This document shows positions 57,933-64,000 of a DNA stretch of 64,000 nucleotides, one piece after another. The notes under the pieces are model-generated. The model was given only the letters and a program-made list of their open reading frames with translations. It had not been told where the DNA came from and did no database searches. Source of the stretch: an uncultured Dialister sp. (GTDB taxonomy: Bacteria; Bacillota; Negativicutes; Veillonellales; Dialisteraceae); the NCBI GenBank assembly GCA_900759415.1, contig CAAEVC010000155.1, forward strand, positions 36,084 to 100,083. The letters run 5' to 3'. Within the stretch, counting starts at the first letter, position 1, and each line of letters starts with the position of its first letter. Position numbers and translations under genes: made by a program.

Positions 57933-58631
57933 ATGCGATATAGAAATTGGAATGAGAAAGGAGAGCGAGGGTTCAGGCTTTCCATTCTGGCTCTGATGGT
58001 ACTGGCTCTTGCCGCCATCCACTGGCTGGATCCTTCGTTTTATCCTACCATCTACCGTCTGTCAAACGAAGGAGATATGCGAGGTACTATTGCCTATCTC
58101 CAGAGTTTTGGGATGTATGCGGTATTTGTAAGTTTCTTCATAGATGTAGTTATTAACATAGTAGGATTCCTGCCTTCCATCTTCATATCGGCGGCCAATG
58201 GACTGCTCTTTGGACTGTTTTGGGGAGTGATTATCTCCTGGCTGGCAGAAACGGTGGGAGTCATTATATCCTTTTATGTCATGCGTACCCTTTTCCGCGG
58301 AATGGCTGCGAATATCATTCATAAAAGCAGGACGCTGCAGAAGATGGATTCCTATGATTCATGGGAAGCGATTGCGGCAGCCAGAGCTATTCCCTATATG
58401 CCTAATGGACTGGTGACTGCTGTAGCTGCTTTGTCCAGCATGCACTTCCGCCACTATGCATTCGGCTGTCTTATCGGTAAATTTCCTTCTACTGCCATTG
58501 AAGTCATTCTGAGCCATGATGTGATCAATATGGAGCAGCATGCACTGCGGCTGACCATACTGGTCGTTGTGATTACTGCAGTTTACGGCTGCGTCTGGTA
58601 TTATCATAAATATAAGAGGCAGAAGAAATAA
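57933..58631 (+). CDS. TVP38/TMEM64 (DedA-superfamily) membrane protein
   Basis: LPSIFISAANGLLFG...G, RAIPYMP pattern, hydrophobic. Confidence 0.82.
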   Translation: MRYRNWNEKGERGFRLSILALMVLALAAIHWLDPSFYPTIYRLSNEGDMRGTIAYLQSFGMYAVFVSFFIDVVINIVGFLPSIFISAANGLLFGLFWGVIISWLAETVGVIISFYVMRTLFRGMAANIIHKSRTLQKMDSYDSWEAIAAARAIPYMPNGLVTAVAALSSMHFRHYAFGCLIGKFPSTAIEVILSHDVINMEQHALRLTILVVVITAVYGCVWYYHKYKRQKK

Positions 58632-58678
58632 AAAATGCTCTTCCTTTCCGGGTGAACCAGTAAGGAAGAGCATTTTTT
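58631..58678. terminator. Bidirectional terminator between convergent genes
   Basis: AAAAATGCTCTTCCTT...AAGGAAGAGCATTTTT. Confidence 0.75.
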
Positions 58679-58700
58679 GTGGTTAAAGGATTCCGCTCAA

Positions 58701-59567
58701 TCAGCGAAGACCATCTGCAATATAAGAGACTGCAGGTATATCATTCACCGGCATAAGATGAACACCGGAAACTGGAAGTTCATGAAGAGCGGTGACCAGT
58801 TCACGGGCCAATTTCAATCCTGTTTCCCGTCCGCCTTTTTCCATGGCTTCTACGATGGGATGGGGAACGGTAATGCCAGGTACATTATTATTGAAATAAT
58901 GGGCCATTTTAGCACTCTTTAGAGGAACTATACCAAAAAGAATGGGAAGATCCAGGTCTTTTGCGGCTTCTAGGAAAGATTCGGCCTGCTTTATATCATA
59001 GACAGGCTGAGTCTGAATGAACTTTGCACCTGCCTTTTTCTTTCCTTCTAGCCTTCTGATTTCTGCATCCAGATCGGGAGTCCCCGGATTGGCAGTGGTA
59101 CCAATATAAAAATCCGTGGGCTTATTGAGTTTATTGCCCATAAGGTCTTTACCTTCATTCAGTGTCCTTGCAATTTCAATCAATCCGGTGGAGTCTACTT
59201 CAAAAACACCTTTCGCATTTTTATGGTCGCCAATGGAAGGCGGGTCTCCGGTAAGGGTGAGGATATTATGGACTCCCAGAGCGTAGGCACCGAGAAGTTC
59301 AGCCTGAAGTCCAAGGACATTCCTGTCCCGGCAGGTCAGATGGAAAATGGATTCTACATTGTATTTATGCTGAATGATGGAAGAAAGGGCGATGGGGCTC
59401 ATCCGAAGTTTAGCCATAGGGCAGTCTGCAATGTTGACTGCATCTACATAGGGGGCGATTTCTTCAACCTGTCTTTCTGTGACTTCCGCAGATGCGCTCT
59501 TTGGCGGATCCAGTTCTGCAGTTACAGTAAATATTCTATTTTCGTGTTTTTCTTTCAGTGAAGTCAT
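58701..59567 (-). CDS. metF: Methylenetetrahydrofolate reductase
   Basis: TAELDPPK, HLTCRDRN, LTGDPP, GAKFIQTQ. Confidence 0.9.
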   Translation of the reverse strand: MTSLKEKHENRIFTVTAELDPPKSASAEVTERQVEEIAPYVDAVNIADCPMAKLRMSPIALSSIIQHKYNVESIFHLTCRDRNVLGLQAELLGAYALGVHNILTLTGDPPSIGDHKNAKGVFEVDSTGLIEIARTLNEGKDLMGNKLNKPTDFYIGTTANPGTPDLDAEIRRLEGKKKAGAKFIQTQPVYDIKQAESFLEAAKDLDLPILFGIVPLKSAKMAHYFNNNVPGITVPHPIVEAMEKGGRETGLKLARELVTALHELPVSGVHLMPVNDIPAVSYIADGLR

Positions 59568-61948
59568 TCTGACAGCCTCTTTTCTATAAGATGATCCGCA
59601 ATTTTAACAGCGGCAATACCATCTTTGCAATAGTTCGGTGCACCAATGCGATCTGCATAATCCTGAGTTACTACCGCACCGCCGACAAGAATATGAACGG
59701 AAGGAAGAAGGTTTTTTATTTCCTTTACTGTGTTTTCCAGTTCAGGAAGAGTGGTAGTCATGAGTGAACATAAGCCTGCAAAATCTGCATGATATTCCTT
59801 AATGGCATTGATAAAAGCAGATGGTTCTACATCTTTACCCAGGTCAATGACTTTGAATCCGCTGTTTTCCATAAGAGCAGATACAATATTTTTACCGAGA
59901 TCATGAATATCTCCCTTTACGGTACCGATAACGAGAGTTCCCTTCTCTGCAGATTTTACATCTGGGAGGAGTTTCTTTATTTCTTTAAATGCGGCCTGCA
60001 TGGCTTCAGCGGCCATCATGACCTGAGGGAGAAAGACTTTGCCGGAACCATAGCCGTCTCCGATTTCTGTCATCGCTGAAGTCAGGCCTTCTTTGATAAT
60101 CGTTTCAGAAGATAAGCCATCGTCCAGAGCGGTTTTGATAAGGGAAGCGGCTTCCTCTTTGTCACCCGATTTGACAGCTCTCCTGATCTGTTCCAGGGGC
60201 GTGAGATTTTCTGACGGTCCATTTGACGGAGTTTCTTTCACTTCGGTGCCGGCTGCCTTTATGAAGTCTTTAGCGCCGGCATCAAAGCCCAGAAGGAGAT
60301 TGGCATTGATGAAAGCATCTTTGATTTCATTGTCCAAAGGATTAATGATAGGAGCGTTCATGCCGACTGCCAGTGCCATGGTAAGGAATGCAGCATTAAT
60401 TCTTGGACGGGAAGGAAGGCCAAAGGATACATTACTTGTGCCCATGACACAGGGAAGACCAAATTCCTTTTTATAAAGGGCAATGGTTTTTAATGTTTCT
60501 CTGGCACTGGTATCACTGGATCCGATGGTTAGTACAAGGGGATCAAGGAGAAGGTCTTCTTTTCTAAGACCGATTTCAAGTGCCCGGTCAATGATTCTTC
60601 CTGCAATACGAACCCGTTCTTCTGCCGTTTTTGGAAGATTTCCCTTTTCCAGAGGAAGACAGAGAACAGCAGCGCCGTATTTCTTTGCCAGATGAAGGAC
60701 CTTATCCATAATCTCCTCATCGGCAGCGTTGACGGAGTTGATTAATGGGCGGCCGGGATACACCTTAAGAGCCGCTTCGATCACTTCAGGATCTGTACTG
60801 TCGATAGAGAGGGGGACAGGGCAGAGCATGGAGAGTTGAGAGATGGCAGTTTCCATGGCAGTTTTCTGATCTATGCCAGGAACTCCCATGTTGACATCCA
60901 ACATGTGAGCACCGGCAGCTGCCTGAGCCAATCCTTCTTTCTTCACAGAAACAAAGCTTCCCTGCTGAATATCTTCTCTCATTTTACGACGGCCTGTAGG
61001 ATTAATTCGTTCCCCGATCTTTATAGGCGCGTAATCGTCACCAACGAACAGTGTTTTGGTTCTGGATGTAAAAGCGGTGAAAGGTTTTATTGCTTTTGGT
61101 GAAGGCTGAGGAATGTGTTCCAGTGCTTCTTTCAGCGCACGGATATGTTCTGGTGTGGTTCCGCAGCAGCCGCCAAGGTAAGAGACTCCGGCTCTGGCAA
61201 AATCTTCTGCATAAGATGCAAATTCCTCTGGCTTTAACGGGAAAAGGGTGGTTCCATTCTCAAGAACCGGTATCCCTGCATTTGGCTGGATGATAACCGG
61301 TTTACCGGTAGCAGAGATAAGCTCTTCTGCTACCGAAATCAGCTTGTCAGGACCGACAGAACAGTTGGCACCAATGATATCAGCTCCCATGGCATCCAGA
61401 AGAACCGCGGCACTCACAGGATCTGTACCAGGAATGGTCCTTCCATCTTCCCCATAGGTCATCTGGCAGATGACAGGAAGACGGGAAGCTGTTTTGGCAG
61501 CTATCAGAGCGGCTTTCATTTCCTGAATATCAATAATGGTTTCGATGATAAGGCAGTCTGCACCAGCATCTGCCAGCGCTTTGGCAAGACGGTAATAGTT
61601 TTCACAGGTTTCATCAAAGGAGAGATCTCCGATTGGTTTTATAAATTTTCCTGTTGGACCCATGTCGCCCGCAACTTTTACCTTATCTCCGGCGGCCATT
61701 CTTGCATTATGCACGGCGGCAGCAGCAATTTCTTCTGTCTTGTCAGACAGGTCATAATCAGACAGTTTGAGAGGGGAAGAACCGAATGTATTAGTTGTAA
61801 TATACTGGCTTCCTGCATTTACATAGGCTTTATGAATTTCCTGCACAATTTCAGGATGAGAAATATTGTAGTAATCAGGGCATCCTCCAGCATCTAAGCC
61901 GAAACGCTGAAGCATGGTTCCCATAGCACCATCGAAAAGTATCATCAT
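59564..61948 (-). CDS. metH: Cobalamin-dependent methionine synthase core (Hcy-binding, pterin-binding, B12-binding; no activation domain)
   Basis: DGAMGT, GGCCGT, IGERINPTG, DVNMG, GDIHDLGKNIV, SLMTTT. Confidence 0.92.
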   Translation of the reverse strand: MMILFDGAMGTMLQRFGLDAGGCPDYYNISHPEIVQEIHKAYVNAGSQYITTNTFGSSPLKLSDYDLSDKTEEIAAAAVHNARMAAGDKVKVAGDMGPTGKFIKPIGDLSFDETCENYYRLAKALADAGADCLIIETIIDIQEMKAALIAAKTASRLPVICQMTYGEDGRTIPGTDPVSAAVLLDAMGADIIGANCSVGPDKLISVAEELISATGKPVIIQPNAGIPVLENGTTLFPLKPEEFASYAEDFARAGVSYLGGCCGTTPEHIRALKEALEHIPQPSPKAIKPFTAFTSRTKTLFVGDDYAPIKIGERINPTGRRKMREDIQQGSFVSVKKEGLAQAAAGAHMLDVNMGVPGIDQKTAMETAISQLSMLCPVPLSIDSTDPEVIEAALKVYPGRPLINSVNAADEEIMDKVLHLAKKYGAAVLCLPLEKGNLPKTAEERVRIAGRIIDRALEIGLRKEDLLLDPLVLTIGSSDTSARETLKTIALYKKEFGLPCVMGTSNVSFGLPSRPRINAAFLTMALAVGMNAPIINPLDNEIKDAFINANLLLGFDAGAKDFIKAAGTEVKETPSNGPSENLTPLEQIRRAVKSGDKEEAASLIKTALDDGLSSETIIKEGLTSAMTEIGDGYGSGKVFLPQVMMAAEAMQAAFKEIKKLLPDVKSAEKGTLVIGTVKGDIHDLGKNIVSALMENSGFKVIDLGKDVEPSAFINAIKEYHADFAGLCSLMTTTLPELENTVKEIKNLLPSVHILVGGAVVTQDYADRIGAPNYCKDGIAAVKIADHLIEKRLSE

Positions 61949-61970
61949 AGTCTCCTTACTGTATCAATAA

Positions 61971-62636
61971 TCAGTCCTGTCGGAATGGACAGGAAGTGAG
62001 TGAACAGGCTCTGCATTTTATCGGTTGAGGGCGCTGCCTGCATTCAGAAATTCCAATAATGGCGGAAACAGATTTCCTTGGGAAAAGCATGGAATGGTCA
62101 GTCACATGAACGCCGATGGATTCAGCCTTAATCAGTTGACAGAATTCTTTCTGCTGGGTGATGGGCCAGTCTCCATATCCCGGGGAAAAACGCCACACTG
62201 TTTTCTGCCCGTCCTTCAGAGCATTCTCCTGAATCATTCTATCTACCTGATCAGCCAGATGTTCAGTGGCGGCGGTAGCAGCGGCATCGAGAAGAAGTCC
62301 CTTTACATAATTCCCGGATTTAAAGCAGGCGTCCGATTCCTTTTCAATGGCATCGCCTGCAGTGACTGCAAGAACTCCTACAGACCAGGAATTCCTTAAA
62401 TGATGTTTTATGCTGTTTCCTTCCAGTGCGAGGGGAGGGTCTCCCTCAATGATTCCCTGCTCCGGAGAATATGACAGTATCTGCCAGATACCTCTTGGCT
62501 CCGCAAGTGCCAGAGCTTCTGCAATGGCTTCATCTACCATCTCTTCCGGGAAGGCCTTAGCTTTTGGATTCATGCCTGCATAACGAAGCATTTCTTTTCT
62601 GTCAATTGTAAATAAAGTTCCGTTGTAAAATGGCAT
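61971..62636 (-). CDS. Stand-alone methionine synthase activation (AdoMet-binding) domain protein
   Basis: RFSPGYGDW, PRKSVSAIIG, C-terminal CxxCxxxxCPFR; AAGGAGG RBS before ATG 62636. Confidence 0.88.
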   Translation of the reverse strand: MPFYNGTLFTIDRKEMLRYAGMNPKAKAFPEEMVDEAIAEALALAEPRGIWQILSYSPEQGIIEGDPPLALEGNSIKHHLRNSWSVGVLAVTAGDAIEKESDACFKSGNYVKGLLLDAAATAATEHLADQVDRMIQENALKDGQKTVWRFSPGYGDWPITQQKEFCQLIKAESIGVHVTDHSMLFPRKSVSAIIGISECRQRPQPIKCRACSLTSCPFRQD

Positions 62637-62652
62637 AAGACCTCCTTGTAAA

Positions 62653-62911
62653 CAAAAAAGCCTTCCGTCCATAAAGGGACGAAAGACTCGTGTTACCACC
62701 CAATTTTATCTATACATCGCTGTATAAACCTCTGTAGGTACGCCGGTTAAAAACCTTGATACTTGAGCGCTGTATCGGGCGCACCCGGGATGCTTCATGA
62801 TTCAGCCTTCCCTGCTCAGAGTCCATATTCAACAACCTTCCGGATACCTCTTTTCACCAGTTGGAGGCTCTCTTTGATCCCTGGGGGAGTTTACTCTTCT
62901 CTTCATCGCAT
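62653..62911 (-). ncRNA. T-box riboswitch, Met specifier, leader of the met operon
   Basis: Minus strand: AGTA, AGAGAG, GGTGAAA, GAAT-ATG specifier (62826-62824), AATTGGGTGGTAACACG T-box, terminator ending GGCTTTTTT. Confidence 0.9.
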
Positions 62912-62928
62912 GTCTTTAATTGCAAACT

Positions 62929-62957
62929 ACTATAGCATAAGGATTTATGCCTGTCAA
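62929..62957 (-). promoter_or_regulatory. SigA promoter of Met T-box leader
   Basis: Minus strand TTGACA-17 nt-TATAGT with TG extension. Confidence 0.75.
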
Positions 62958-63101
62958 TGAAAAATCTGCTTTCTGAAAGACCGGTATAATATGGGCATCA
63001 GAAACTTTTTCTTTATAAGGGAGGATGATACAATAAATGAAAAGCTTTTGCATACCGGATATATTATGAGTCCATGGGACAGTGGGAGGAGGGAAGATTC
63101 C

Positions 63102-64000
63102 TTGAGAATTCTTGTAACTGGAGGAGCCGGTTTCATTGGCGCCAATTTCCTCTTTTATATGAGAAAGAAATACCCGGATTATCGCCTTATCTGTCTGGAT
63201 AATCTGACTTATGCGGGAAATCTGTCCACGCTGACCCCTTTTTCCGATGATGTCAATTTCCGGTTCATTCATGGAAATATCTGCGACAGAGAAAGGGTGT
63301 ATGCTCTTTTTGAGGAAGAAAAGCCCGATATGGTTGTGAACTTTGCGGCTGAGTCTCATGTGGATCGGTCCATTGAGGATCCGGCTGTATTTCTTATGAC
63401 TAATATTATAGGTACATCTGTCCTGATGGATGCCTGCAGGAAATACGGCATACAGAGATTCCATCAGATTTCCACCGATGAGGTCTATGGGGATCTGCCA
63501 CTTTGCAGGAAGGATCTTTCCTTTACAGAAAATACGCCTCTTCATGCAAATTCTCCATACAGCAGTTCAAAAGCAGGCGCTGATCTGCTGGCGGGAGCCT
63601 ATTACCGTACTTATGGCCTTCCTGTCACCATTTCCCGGTGCAGCAACAATTATGGACCCTGGCAGTATCCTGAAAAACTGATTCCCTTCATGATTCTTCA
63701 GATTTTACAGGGGAAGGATCTTCCTCTTTATGGGGATGGGAAGAATGTGAGAGACTGGATCCATGTAGAAGACCATTGCCGCGCCATAGATCTTATCATC
63801 CATAAAGGCAGGAATGGTGAGATTTATAACATCGGAGGACAGGCGGAATTATCTAATATAGACCTTGTCCGGATGATTTGCAGAGAAATGAATTACAGTG
63901 AATCCCATATTATTTCCGTAGCAGACAGGCGTGGGCATGACCGCCGGTATTCCATGAATTCATCCAGGATTTCCAGTGAACTCCACTGGAAGCCTTTCAT
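63102..64000 (+). CDS. rfbB: dTDP-glucose 4,6-dehydratase (partial, runs off the window; not in ORF track)
   Basis: TTG start after GGAGG: MRILVTGGAGFIGANF...DNLTYAGN...NFAAESHVDRSI...STDEVYG...PYSSSKA. Confidence 0.93.
   Translation, partial: MRILVTGGAGFIGANFLFYMRKKYPDYRLICLDNLTYAGNLSTLTPFSDDVNFRFIHGNICDRERVYALFEEEKPDMVVNFAAESHVDRSIEDPAVFLMTNIIGTSVLMDACRKYGIQRFHQISTDEVYGDLPLCRKDLSFTENTPLHANSPYSSSKAGADLLAGAYYRTYGLPVTISRCSNNYGPWQYPEKLIPFMILQILQGKDLPLYGDGKNVRDWIHVEDHCRAIDLIIHKGRNGEIYNIGGQAELSNIDLVRMICREMNYSESHIISVADRRGHDRRYSMNSSRISSELHWKPF

Noticed and set aside
1..64000. CRISPR array, cas genes, transposases, prophage, rRNA
   Set aside because: No regularly spaced direct repeats with spacers and no such protein or rRNA signatures seen

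Overview
A gene-dense, mostly core-genome window from an anaerobic Bacillota. It is probably a Negativicute, Dialister/Veillonellaceae-like; this is inferred from the gene set, the T-boxes and an LPS-type phosphoethanolamine transferase. It holds about 55 CDS. Operons include pyrB-pyrC-carA-carB-pyrK-pyrD, cysS-mrnC-rlmB-rae1, secG-rnr-smpB, hslVU, birA-coaX, sdaAB-sdaAA and a split B12-dependent methionine synthase operon. RNA elements are four tRNAs (Asp, Gly, Cys, Leu), a TPP riboswitch before tenA, and Cys and Met T-boxes. The most striking feature is a ~215-nt raiA-motif large structured ncRNA (35614-35828). It has its own consensus promoter, no raiA/comF neighbours, and lies about 12 nt upstream of the Cys T-box leader of the cysS/Mini-III/RlmB/Rae1 operon. 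Other points of note: a nonsense-disrupted flavodoxin behind a classic 19-bp-spacer MerR promoter; a radical SAM/DUF4130 repair pair with SOS-like boxes and a clamp-binding-like tail; a solo zeta-toxin-like kinase between cbiZ and queG; a solo OLD nuclease after tRNA-Leu; an orphan cydB-like gene; a protein with three Tudor/SH3-like repeats; a dispersed palindromic repeat family; and a 7-nt periodic repeat after two stop codons. I saw no CRISPR array, integrase, transposase or rRNA. All family assignments are by motif recognition, not database search.
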